A DNA stretch of 38,885 nt from a virus: IMG/VR virus record IMGVR_UViG_3300033144_001637, positions 1-38,885 of that record; one strand, 5' to 3'. The notes beneath the pieces were generated by a model that was not told the origin of the DNA, did no database searches, and saw only the letters and a list, made by a program, of their open reading frames with translations. The position numbers and the translations under genes were made by a program. Positions 22,898 to 32,000 of this stretch are shown piece by piece. Position 1 is the stretch's first letter. Each line of letters starts with the position of its first letter.

Positions 22898-23749
22898 ATG
22901 GCAGAATTGGACGAAGATGGAAATGTGATTGAGCCAGGAGCAGGAGGCGACGATGGGGACGATCAAGGCGATAATGGGGGCGGCCAGGACGGTGGGGGAG
23001 ATAGCCGTGACTGGATACCTGAAGACCTCCGGGATGAGAAATCCCTGGATGCTATTAAAGACGTTGGGGGGTTGGCTAAAAGCTACGTTGAAGCCCAAAA
23101 GATGATCGGAGGGAGTGTCCGTATCCCCGGAGAGGATGCCACGCCTGAAGATTGGGATGCCTTCCATGCCAAGATGGGCCGCCCGGATAACCCTGAAGAC
23201 TATGGGCTTGTAAAGCCGGATCTCCCAGAGGGAGTTGAATGGGACGAAGGGATGGTTGAATGGTTCGGGAAAGCCTCCCATAAGGCCGGTTTAAGTAAGA
23301 CTCAGGCTGGGGCCTTAATGGAGAGTTGGAATGAGATCCAGTTCAATAAGGCCCATGCAGGGCAGAAGGACATGAAGGCTGCCCTGGATGGACTCAAGGA
23401 GTCCTGGGGCGACAAGTTTGATGGCCGGGTAGAGTTAGGCCTTCGAGGTATAGAGAGGCTTCTCCCAGCCGAAGATGTAACGCAGTTCAAGGGGCTCTTA
23501 GATTCAACGGGCCTTGGTAATCATCCTTTGATGCTCAAGTTCGCCTATCAGGTGGGCAATATGCTCAAGGAAGATGGTTACATCATGGGAGATGGACAAG
23601 GTGGGGTCCTGGGGGCCGACTCAGCAAAGGCAAAGATCGCAGAGATCAACGCAGACAAGAGCCATGCCCATTGGGATGATACTAATCCTGGGCATAGGGC
23701 TGCCGTAGCAGAAATGGCACAACTATTCAAGATAGCTTACCCAGCGTAA
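22898..23749 (+). CDS. Head scaffolding protein
   Basis: It sits between portal and major capsid. It has an acidic G/D-rich N-terminus, and LAKSYVEAQKMIGGSVRIPGEDATPEDWDAFHAKMGRPDNPEDY is a pattern typical of podovirus scaffold proteins. Confidence 0.55.
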   Translation: MAELDEDGNVIEPGAGGDDGDDQGDNGGGQDGGGDSRDWIPEDLRDEKSLDAIKDVGGLAKSYVEAQKMIGGSVRIPGEDATPEDWDAFHAKMGRPDNPEDYGLVKPDLPEGVEWDEGMVEWFGKASHKAGLSKTQAGALMESWNEIQFNKAHAGQKDMKAALDGLKESWGDKFDGRVELGLRGIERLLPAEDVTQFKGLLDSTGLGNHPLMLKFAYQVGNMLKEDGYIMGDGQGGVLGADSAKAKIAEINADKSHAHWDDTNPGHRAAVAEMAQLFKIAYPA

Positions 23750-23842
23750 GGAGATTGACTTGTCCCTTGAATATTGGATGTCCCTTAAATATCAAGGGAC
23801 CTTTAAACATTGAGGGACATATTAACACATGAAAGGAGAACC

Positions 23843-24148
23843 ATGAAGAAAGTATTGTTGTTAGTTGGTGGATTTATTGGAGTTTTAGCCGTTCTCGCAT
23901 GGTCAGGGCCAGTAAAGGCAGACTTCAAGCCTGGTGTCCACGAAGAGATTAGGGCTGAGATCGGGGCCTTCTTCCAGAGAAACGAGGGCAACAAGATCAC
24001 CATAGATGTCATGGACGGCCTCATGTTACATCTTAACCAGATCTTCGAGAAGAATGTTATCAAGCCACCGGCGGAGCCTAAAGTTAGCACGATCCCAGAC
24101 ACAAAACTGCCGCCGAGACCGAAGCCAAACCTTCCGCCCAAGAAGTAG
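23843..24148 (+). CDS. Small secreted protein (hypothetical)
   Basis: I prefer the ATG at 23843 (GAAAGGAGAACC SD). The signal peptide is MKKVLLLVGGFIGVLAVLAWSGPVKA. The C-terminus is Pro/Lys-rich. Confidence 0.5.
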   Translation: MKKVLLLVGGFIGVLAVLAWSGPVKADFKPGVHEEIRAEIGAFFQRNEGNKITIDVMDGLMLHLNQIFEKNVIKPPAEPKVSTIPDTKLPPRPKPNLPPKK

Positions 24149-24170
24149 GCAGCATAAGAAAGGAGCTTAA

Positions 24171-24527
24171 ATGGCAGTAGAGCGCACAATGAAGACGGCC
24201 CTATCAGAAGAGGATTACAACCTTTGGGATGAGGGTAAAAGGCCTGTGAAGGTCCCAGCCCCTGTTCACCCGGAGCCTAAACTGCAAAAGGCGGGTAAAA
24301 TTTTATCCCTTGACAAAATCAAATTGGATAAAGTATCCTTAGCGGTAACAGGCCGTAGGAACATTAAGCAGAATAAGGATGGAGTTAGGTTTATCGGCTT
24401 CAATGTGGCCTTACAGATGAAAGAAGGGAAGGACGTTGAGGGCTGGATGCCTGAAGCGGATTATATAGAGATGAGGCGTATCTTGTTTCGAGACGGAGCC
24501 GTGAACGTGGACAATTTGGAGTATTGA
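24171..24527 (+). CDS. Hypothetical protein
   Basis: 118-codon ORF. Its 20-nt initiation region is identical to that of the scaffold gene. Confidence 0.5.
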   Translation: MAVERTMKTALSEEDYNLWDEGKRPVKVPAPVHPEPKLQKAGKILSLDKIKLDKVSLAVTGRRNIKQNKDGVRFIGFNVALQMKEGKDVEGWMPEADYIEMRRILFRDGAVNVDNLEY

Positions 24528-24763
24528 AAACACAACTCATCCGGCACGACCGGAAGGAGATGGACTGTCCATTTGAGGCAGTCCCATTCATAACAAATCG
24601 GATAGCCCTCCGGGGTCCGAGACATAGCACGAAATAGACTGGACAACCTTTACAGGTCCAGGCCCGTAGTATCAAGACAAAGGCCTTTAGGCCTGGAGGA
24701 TCAGCGCGGCTGATAATCCTTCAGAATTATTAACGAAGTATGTTAACTTTTTGGAGGCTTATC
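24528..24763 (+). promoter_or_regulatory. Structured 236-nt leader upstream of the major capsid gene
   Basis: No ORF. Hairpins: GGACTG/CAGTCC (24562..24584), TCCAGGCC/GGCCTGGA (24657..24697), and AGGATCAGC-GCG-GCTGAT..ATCCT (24697..24720). Confidence 0.4.
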
Positions 24764-25627
24764 ATGGCCGAATCAATTGAACAATATTATGTAGAACAGT
24801 ACCAGAATACTATCCGTATTCTGGTCCAACAAAAGACAAGTAGGCTTGAGGGAACTACCATCCCGCCCATCCAGGTGACAGGAGATGCCTTGTATTGGGA
24901 GAGGATGGGATCTACCGAAGCCGTTGATCTTGTCACTCGCCACGACGATACCCCTAACATTGAAGTCGATCATTCCCGGAGAAAGCAGACCGCCACGCCG
25001 AAGGTATGGGCTACGCTGCTTGACAAGGAGGATCAGGTTAGGATGCTTGTCGACCCGAAGAACTACTATAACCAGATCGCTCGTATGGCCTTCAACCGGG
25101 CCAAGGATAGTATTATCATAACCGCCCTCGGTGGCACGTCTTACTCCGGTCAGACTGGAACGACCGCCGTAGTTTTGCCCTCAGATCAGAAGATAGCGCA
25201 TGGTGGTGTGGGACTCACCTTAACCAAGCTCATCACGGCTAAAGAGACCATGGACGCTGACGAAGTGGACGAAGAGGCTGAGAGGTATATCGTCGTTGCC
25301 GCACGTCAGATCTCCGACCTTCTGGCCGTCACGGAAGTTAAGAGCGCCGACTATAACACGGTCAAGGCTCTTGTAGAGGGTAAGATTGACACCTTCATGG
25401 GGTTCAAGTTTATCAGGACTCAACTCCTGGAGCTTACCTCCAACGTCCGTTACTGCTATGCTTACTCTAAGGGTGCTATTGGTTATGGGACCCTGAGTGA
25501 GATCGAGTCCAAGATCGACCAGCGGAGCGACAAGAATTACGCATGGCAGGTCTGGGGTAAGATGGACATGGGCGCAACCAGGATCGAAGAAGAGCAGGTC
25601 ATAGAAATCGCCTGTTCCGAATCTTGA
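24764..25627 (+). CDS. Major capsid protein
   Basis: I prefer the ATG at 24764 (GGAGG SD). The N-terminal IEQYYVEQYQNTIRILVQQKTSRLEG and the later DHSRRKQTATPKVWATLLDKEDQVRMLVDPKNYY and AFNRAKDSIII match a widespread phage major-capsid N-terminal pattern. It follows the scaffold gene. Confidence 0.7.
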   Translation: MAESIEQYYVEQYQNTIRILVQQKTSRLEGTTIPPIQVTGDALYWERMGSTEAVDLVTRHDDTPNIEVDHSRRKQTATPKVWATLLDKEDQVRMLVDPKNYYNQIARMAFNRAKDSIIITALGGTSYSGQTGTTAVVLPSDQKIAHGGVGLTLTKLITAKETMDADEVDEEAERYIVVAARQISDLLAVTEVKSADYNTVKALVEGKIDTFMGFKFIRTQLLELTSNVRYCYAYSKGAIGYGTLSEIESKIDQRSDKNYAWQVWGKMDMGATRIEEEQVIEIACSES

Positions 25628-25642
25628 TAAGGGGGTAACATT

Positions 25643-26059
25643 ATGTCTAATCTTAATTTCCCAGTCCCGGAAGGCGGAACGGCTGATTTACCGGTGTTCT
25701 TGTCGAGTGACGCAGGTGAATTGGTTGACAAGGCTATCGCCGACGCGCTGGTAGCCCTTGGTTTAGATGCAACTGCCGCTGAGGTCAACATGGTCTGTGA
25801 TGGGGTCCTGAAGGGGAGTGATACCTGGGACCCTGGTAGCTTAATCGACGGAGCGCAGGAGTCCAAAGACTTCACGGTTACGGGTGCTGCCCTTGGTGAT
25901 TTTGCCATTGCGGGTGCTGGAATAGATGTCGTGGACATTGGTGTTTCTGCGGTGGTTACAATAGCCAACAAAGTCACGGTCACTCTTATCAATGAGACAG
26001 GTGGGACCGTTGACTTAGCCACTTCCACTTGGAATGTGCTGGTGTTAAAGAACAACTAA
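25643..26059 (+). CDS. Head decoration-like protein, paralogue 1
   Basis: 138 aa, immediately after the capsid gene. The beta-rich C-terminal half is TWDPGSLIDGAQESKDFTVTGAALGDFAIAGAG...VTVTLINETGGTVDL. Confidence 0.45.
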   Translation: MSNLNFPVPEGGTADLPVFLSSDAGELVDKAIADALVALGLDATAAEVNMVCDGVLKGSDTWDPGSLIDGAQESKDFTVTGAALGDFAIAGAGIDVVDIGVSAVVTIANKVTVTLINETGGTVDLATSTWNVLVLKNN

Positions 26060-26088
26060 CCCTAACGTAGTAACTCGGAGGTAATTTT

Positions 26089-26499
26089 ATGGCTTTAAAT
26101 TTACCAGTCCCGGAAGGCGGGACCGCCGACCTCCCGGTGTTTATGTCGGATGATGCCCATGAGTTAGTCGATAAAGCTGTCGCTGATGCCTTGACTGCTA
26201 TGGGCTTGGACGCTACGGCTGCGGAGATTAACAGTGTTTGTGATGGAGTCTTGAAAGGGACTGCTACTTGGAACCCGGCAAGTATAGCTGCTGCGGCGCA
26301 GGAGTCTAAGGACTTTACTGTTACAGGGGCAGCTTTAGGCGATTTTGCCATAGCTGGAGCCGGTGTTGATGTCACTGACCTGTTTGTTTCTGCGGTAGTC
26401 ACGGCAACCAATACCGTCACGGTAACTCTCATTAATCAAACAGTCGGAGCTATTGACTTAGCCAGTAGTACATGGAAGATCATGGTGTTGAAAGCATAA
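26089..26499 (+). CDS. Head decoration-like protein, paralogue 2
   Basis: 136 aa. It is collinear with and clearly homologous to 25643..26059 over its full length. Confidence 0.45.
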   Translation: MALNLPVPEGGTADLPVFMSDDAHELVDKAVADALTAMGLDATAAEINSVCDGVLKGTATWNPASIAAAAQESKDFTVTGAALGDFAIAGAGVDVTDLFVSAVVTATNTVTVTLINQTVGAIDLASSTWKIMVLKA

Positions 26500-26536
26500 C
26501 CATAAACCCTAACGTACCACTATGGAGGACGAAAAA

Positions 26537-27268
26537 ATGTTAACTAAATTTCAAGCGTTTGAACCTCATCTTTTAGGTGTGGTTGGTAAACCGAAGAACC
26601 TGTTTATCCCGGAGGCTACTCAGAGGTATCCCTTGGGGGCCAGGTTCAAGTACGGCCAGAGAGTTTTTCACTATGCCTTTGCCGGTGGGGTTGAACTCGG
26701 TATTGCTGCCTTGGTTCGCAGTACTGACTCTCCGGCTGAAGCTAACGTAACCGTTGGCACAATAGCGGCCATAGGGGCCACTGAGGTCCCCAATATTACC
26801 ACCACCGCTGCCGAGGCCAATCTTGACGGTGGAATCATGATCGTTAATGACGTAGACGGCCAGGGACAAACCTGTGATATCATTAAGTCAGCGGCTAATG
26901 CTACAACGGCTACCTCAACCGATGTTTGGTTGCGCGATCCTCTCACAATAGCACTGGCAATCACATCACAGGTTGAGCTATATAGCTCTCCGTTCTATGA
27001 CCTGGATGTTGTAACCGGCGTTAATGATATAATTGCGGGTCTCCCGAACATGGTTGTTGCGCTCAATAACTATTTTTGGCTGCAAACCTGGGGGCCGTGT
27101 TCATGTATAGCAGGAGGAACCCTTGTTGCTGGAGAGCCTATCATACCTCATACCGATGGGTCCGTACTTCCGGCTACCGCTGTCACAGAGCAAATGACCA
27201 TTGGTAGAGCCTTAACGGGCGGAACGTCAGGAGAGTATAACGGGATTTATCTAATGATCCATCCGTAA
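26537..27268 (+). CDS. Structural protein (possible capsid cement/decoration)
   Basis: I prefer the ATG at 26537 (GGAGGA SD 7 nt upstream). NYFWLQTWGPCSCIAGGTLVAGEPI resembles the core of DUF2190-like capsid cement proteins. Confidence 0.35.
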   Translation: MLTKFQAFEPHLLGVVGKPKNLFIPEATQRYPLGARFKYGQRVFHYAFAGGVELGIAALVRSTDSPAEANVTVGTIAAIGATEVPNITTTAAEANLDGGIMIVNDVDGQGQTCDIIKSAANATTATSTDVWLRDPLTIALAITSQVELYSSPFYDLDVVTGVNDIIAGLPNMVVALNNYFWLQTWGPCSCIAGGTLVAGEPIIPHTDGSVLPATAVTEQMTIGRALTGGTSGEYNGIYLMIHP

Positions 27269-27297
27269 ACCTGTTAACCCGAAACCTAACCCTAAAA

Positions 27298-27327
27298 TGC
27301 CGGGGAGGCCGATTAGCTTCCCCGGCA
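27298..27327 (+). other. Strong 9-bp GC-rich hairpin after the head-gene cluster
   Basis: TGCCGGGGA - 12-nt loop - TCCCCGGCA. No U-tract follows, so it is not a canonical intrinsic terminator. Confidence 0.4.
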
Positions 27328-27342
27328 CTTGAGGAAAAGGAT

Positions 27343-27579
27343 ATGTTCTGGAAAATGTTGCTGGTCATTGGGCTCCTATACATGGTCGGATGTGCAAGCA
27401 TAGAATATAACCCTAAAACCGGCAAGGTGTCATACTCCAGGATTGGAGATCAGCAAATTCAGGGGTTCGAGGTTAGGCAAACTAAAGATGGTTTAATAAT
27501 TAAAATGGACAAGCAACAATCAGAAGCCGATGCCTTAGCGGAAGCAATAAAGGTGATCGGCATTTTGTCTGTGAAATAA
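27343..27579 (+). CDS. Small lipoprotein
   Basis: MFWKMLLVIGLLYMVGCAS has a lipobox (MVGC). 78 aa. Confidence 0.55.
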   Translation: MFWKMLLVIGLLYMVGCASIEYNPKTGKVSYSRIGDQQIQGFEVRQTKDGLIIKMDKQQSEADALAEAIKVIGILSVK

Positions 27580-27589
27580 GGAGTGAATT

Positions 27590-28180
27590 ATGGGACACCC
27601 CAGAGGAATATTAGGAGGCGAAAGCCTTGATAAGATAGACAAACGTGCCGTCAATGGTTTACTTGGAGTGAGCAACTCTTTAGCTTACAAGGTCCATGAG
27701 ATTGAAAAACACTTCCATAGTCGTGAACGATGGTTAGGGTTAAAGGCTGTTCCGACTGGAACTGATTGGGCTGACGACGTATTGACCCCTTTTGTTGCTA
27801 TCTCTGGGGCCGGTGTGGTTGGGGCTGACGCGAACGATGAGGCCTTAGTCCTGGGGACCGATAATACTCCGGTCATTTCAGGCATGGTTAAGTTTGACAT
27901 CCATCGGATTTTAATTACTGACGTTGATCACGACACTCCTTACAAACTTAGAATCATATATGGGTCTGGGACTATGGCCGCAGCCATTACTGCTTTGCAG
28001 TTTTCGGAGGTTATGGTTCAATTCGACGCTACAAACCCTCAGCTATCTGCGGGGGTCCCGGTAGAGGTAATGATGCCAAGGGCAACTTGTGGAACGGACA
28101 AGATATGGGTTCAAGCCCGTAACGCTACCGATAACTCAGAAATTGATTTCCTGGTTGGAGTCCATGAATACGTTGGATAA
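27590..28180 (+). CDS. Structural protein (hypothetical)
   Basis: 196 aa in the head/tail block. YKVHEIEKHFHSRERWLG ... FLVGVHEYVG resembles a conserved phage virion protein family of unknown function. Confidence 0.4.
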   Translation: MGHPRGILGGESLDKIDKRAVNGLLGVSNSLAYKVHEIEKHFHSRERWLGLKAVPTGTDWADDVLTPFVAISGAGVVGADANDEALVLGTDNTPVISGMVKFDIHRILITDVDHDTPYKLRIIYGSGTMAAAITALQFSEVMVQFDATNPQLSAGVPVEVMMPRATCGTDKIWVQARNATDNSEIDFLVGVHEYVG

Positions 28181-28206
28181 GAATAAAGCCTAATGGAGGT
28201 TTGAAA

Positions 28207-28488
28207 ATGACAATCGGATATGTATATAAAGCGATATCAGCGGAGAATGTTTATTCTGACAGCATTGCTATCTATGGAGATTTCAATGTTTCTATCTCCG
28301 GTATATCAGGTGATACCGTTCACGTCCAGAGATCCATAGATGGAGGGGTTCTTTGGAAGGATGTTGAGGCCTATACCGCTGACAAGGAGGACTCCGGGGA
28401 AGAAGTCGAGAGAGGTTGGATCTATAGGATAGGAGTTAAGACCGGCAATTATGGAGCCGGAGCTATTCTGGCAAGACTTAGCTTCTAA
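28207..28488 (+). CDS. Small structural protein (hypothetical)
   Basis: I prefer the ATG at 28207 (GGAGG SD 7 nt upstream) over the track TTG at 28201. Confidence 0.45.
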   Translation: MTIGYVYKAISAENVYSDSIAIYGDFNVSISGISGDTVHVQRSIDGGVLWKDVEAYTADKEDSGEEVERGWIYRIGVKTGNYGAGAILARLSF

Positions 28489-28499
28489 GGAGGTCTATC

Positions 28500-29069
28500 A
28501 TGTCAAGCATTGTTGAGATATGTAACATGGGCCTCACCTTGATAGGCGATCAGGTCATTACTGCCTTGTCCGATGATAATGACAGGGCCAGGGTTGCCAC
28601 AATCTTTTATGAGCCTACCAGAGACGCAGTTCTTAGGGCTCATCCGTGGGGATTCGCAAAAACCAGGGTGGCGCTTGCTGCGGCTGCTGGCAGCCCTGCG
28701 TTTGAATGGAGCTATCATTTCACATTACCCACAGATCCTAAATGCCTCAGAGTCTTGAGCGTTGAAGAGGACTATCCGGGGCAAATCCCCTATTCGATTG
28801 AAGGGCGTAAGCTGCTCACCGACGATTCAACCATTACCATCCTTTACATAGCCCAGATAACGGACTCAGGTAACTTCGATGCGCTCTTTAATGATTGCCT
28901 TGCCGCTCGGCTTGCTATGGCCTTCGCTATGGCCTTGACTAAGCAGAAGACCCTCATAGAGCTTGCTGCCAATGTCTACGATGCTAAGATAGGAGAGGCC
29001 CGGACCATAGATGGCCTGGAGAGTACGAAGAAGGAGATCTATAATGATACGCTGACGGTGGTGAGATAA
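28500..29069 (+). CDS. Tail tubular protein A / head-tail adaptor (T7 gp11-like)
   Basis: ICNMGLTLIGDQVITALSDDNDRARVATIFYEPTRDAVLRAHPWGFA ... FTLPTDPKCLRV ... FNDCLAARLAMAFA follows the gp11-type adaptor pattern. It lies directly upstream of the nozzle gene. Confidence 0.55.
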   Translation: MSSIVEICNMGLTLIGDQVITALSDDNDRARVATIFYEPTRDAVLRAHPWGFAKTRVALAAAAGSPAFEWSYHFTLPTDPKCLRVLSVEEDYPGQIPYSIEGRKLLTDDSTITILYIAQITDSGNFDALFNDCLAARLAMAFAMALTKQKTLIELAANVYDAKIGEARTIDGLESTKKEIYNDTLTVVR

Positions 29070-29070
29070 G

Positions 29071-32000
29071 ATGAGATCCAAGCCAGTACAGATGAACTTT
29101 ACTAATGGGGAAGTTGCTCCAAGATTATATGGCCGGTCCGATCTTGCTAAATATTGGGCTTCCGTAGAAACCCTTGAGAACTTCGTTATCCTTCCTTATG
29201 GTGGTGTTGCCAGGCGCGACGGCCTTCAATACGTCGTGGCTCAAGGTGACGAGGCCAGGAAAGTCAGGTTGATCCCTTTCATCTTCAGTACGGAACAGGC
29301 TTATGTCATTGAAGCTGGACATGAGTATATGAGGTTCCTCATGAACCATGGTCAGATCGTAGGTGGGCTTGACTCCGATACCGTCTTGCTACTTCACATG
29401 AACGGGGTCGATGGGAGTCAGACCTTTACCGACGAAACCGGGACGCATACCGTTACGGCTAACACGACGGCTCAGATTGACACTGATAAGAGTAAGTTTG
29501 GTGGAGCTTCTGGGTTGTTCACTAAGTTGGATCTAAGTTATCTTAGAGTCCCGGACTCTTCAGACTTTGACTTCAGTGCTGACGATATTTTCACGATTGA
29601 GGTCAACCTTTATCAGACGGCTTTGCAGACAGGAGTAATCTGTAGCCAATACACGGATACTAATAATAAATTCAGACTTATGGTCTGGGCCGACGGTCAT
29701 GTTGAGTTTACTGTTTGGCATACGGGAGTGACTCAATCTCTTTCCACGGCCATATCGAAGCTAACCGTGGACACTTGGCACCATATTAGGATTGTCGGAG
29801 ATGGAACCAATTACTACCTTTTCGTGGATGGGATAAAGCTGGTTGAGGCTGCCATTACTAAGAGTATGCAGAATTATACCGGGGACTTGCTCATTGGAAC
29901 CATGACTGGGATAGTAGCTTTTTATGGAGGGTGGATGGATGAGCTTAGGATTTCGGATGCTGCTCGTTCAACTGCCGACTTTGTACCTCCAACACAGGAA
30001 TATCCTATCGGTGGGGCTGCTTATGAGGTAGCGACTCCATACCTTGAATCAGACCTGCCGCTTCTTAAATATTTTCAGTCATACGATACCATGTATATCT
30101 TTCATCCAGATCATGAATGGATGAAGTTAACCAGGACCGGCCATGCAGCTTGGACTTTGGCCGAGGTTGACTTCACTAATGGACCATGGCTTGATGAGGA
30201 GACGGATATAGCCTTTACTCCCTCGGCGACTACTGGCGATATTGATTTAACATCAAACGCAGACTTTTTCTTAGATGGGCACGTAGGTGCTTTGCTTCGT
30301 CTCTATAACTCAACCGTTTGGGGGTATGTTAAAATAGCTACCGTTGCCGATGCACAAACCGCCACGGCCACAGTGATCAGTGAGTTAGGCTCAACCGCTG
30401 ATTCTACGAAGTACCAGGAGGGCGCATGGTCCACCGTCAGGGGGTTCCCTTCTTCTGGGGCTTTCAATGAGGCCAGTCTGGTAGCCGTAGCGAATGACGA
30501 TCAGCCTCAGACTATTTGGGCCAGCAAAAAAGGTGACTTTGAGAACTTCGACGTGGGGACCGGGTTAGACGACGAAGGATTCATTTATACAATTCCTGCA
30601 AGCAATCGAATACTGTGGCCTGGGGCATTGCGGGAGTTAGTTCTGGGGACCGGGGATGGTATGTATAAAATGACAGGTGGGATAGATGATTATATCTCTC
30701 CGACCAACGTAAGGGTCCGACCTGGCATGGCTATCGGGGCAATGGATTTAAGCCCTATCCCTGTAAACAACAGCTTACTGTATTGGCAGAAAGGCTCTCG
30801 TAAGCTCAGGGAATTAACCTATGATCCTAACTCCTATGACGAGAACTATGTGGCCCCAGACCTTAGCCTCTTGGCGGATCACATAACGCTTGGAGGGGTC
30901 AAGTATAGCGCATGGCAGCAAGAACCTAACTCAATCCTATGGACCGTCAGGGCCGATGGAGTTCTATTGGGAATGTCCTATATGAGGACTGAGGACATCG
31001 TTGGATGGGGTAGGCATATCACAGATGGAGAGATTGAGAGCGTTGCCGTTATTCCAGATCCTACGGATAGCTTTAACGAAGTTTGGGTCTCAGTCAAAAG
31101 AGATATCGACACAGTGGACGCTAATACAGTCCTATTGCTAAGGATGAACGGAGTGGATGAAAGCACGTCCTTCCCTGATGCAAGCGCCGGGACGCATACT
31201 GTAACTGCGGTGGGGACGGCCCAGATTGATACGGCTCAAAGTAAATTTGGAGGTGCTTCGGGCCTTTTTAGTGGAGGAAATCTTACCATCCCTGATTCTT
31301 CCGATTTTGATTTCAGTGCTGATGATATCTTTACGATCGAGACCTGGGTTAGAATGAACCATGTCTCATCTGCGGCATACGGTATCTGCGCTCAACAAAT
31401 AGATGCTGACAATGGGTTTGAGTTCTCTGTTATTTTAGATGGTGCTGTAGAATTTAAGGTCGGAAATGCTGCGGTATGGCAAACCCTTACAACATCCACA
31501 GGGGTCGTAACGGCTGACTCATGGCATCACATTAGAATAGTGGGGGATGGAACCAATTATTACCTTTTTGTCGATGGGATATTACTTGTTGAAGAAGCCA
31601 TCACCGAGAGTATGTCAAACTATACGTCTTTATTTTACATTGGCAAAAAGGTTGACTATTTTTACATGAGTGGATGGTTAGATTACTTTAAGGTTTCTGA
31701 CCTTGCCAGGTCCACGACCGATTTTACTCCACCTGAGGTCGAGGGTATCACTCATCGTTACATTGAATTTATGAACCCGGATATGATGGTTGACTCAGGG
31801 TTAATCTATTCCGGGGGAGAAGTTAGCTCAGTCTCCGGCCTGAGCCATCTTGAGGGCGAGACAGTCAATATAGTGGCCGATGGAGTGGTTTACGCTCAAC
31901 AAGTAGTCTCAAGCGGGGCCGTAGCCATTTCTCCGGCTGCAAGCGAAATTCAGATTGGACTCCCCTACACTTCTAAGATCGTGACTATGAAGCCTGTCAT

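Noticed and set aside
25537-26432. Long minus-strand ORFs (172 and 147 aa) opposite the two decoration-like paralogues.
   Set aside because: The sense ORFs have SDs, are paralogous and sit in the operon orientation. The antisense translations are A/S/T/P-rich junk, typical of the reverse frame of Ala/Gly/Val-rich genes.
26050-27296. CCCTAA / AACCCTAAC telomere-like motifs in the spacers after 26059, 26499 and 27268.
   Set aside because: The first two are simply part of the duplicated spacer of the tandem paralogues. The copies are single, not arrays, and nothing supports a telomere or repeat function.
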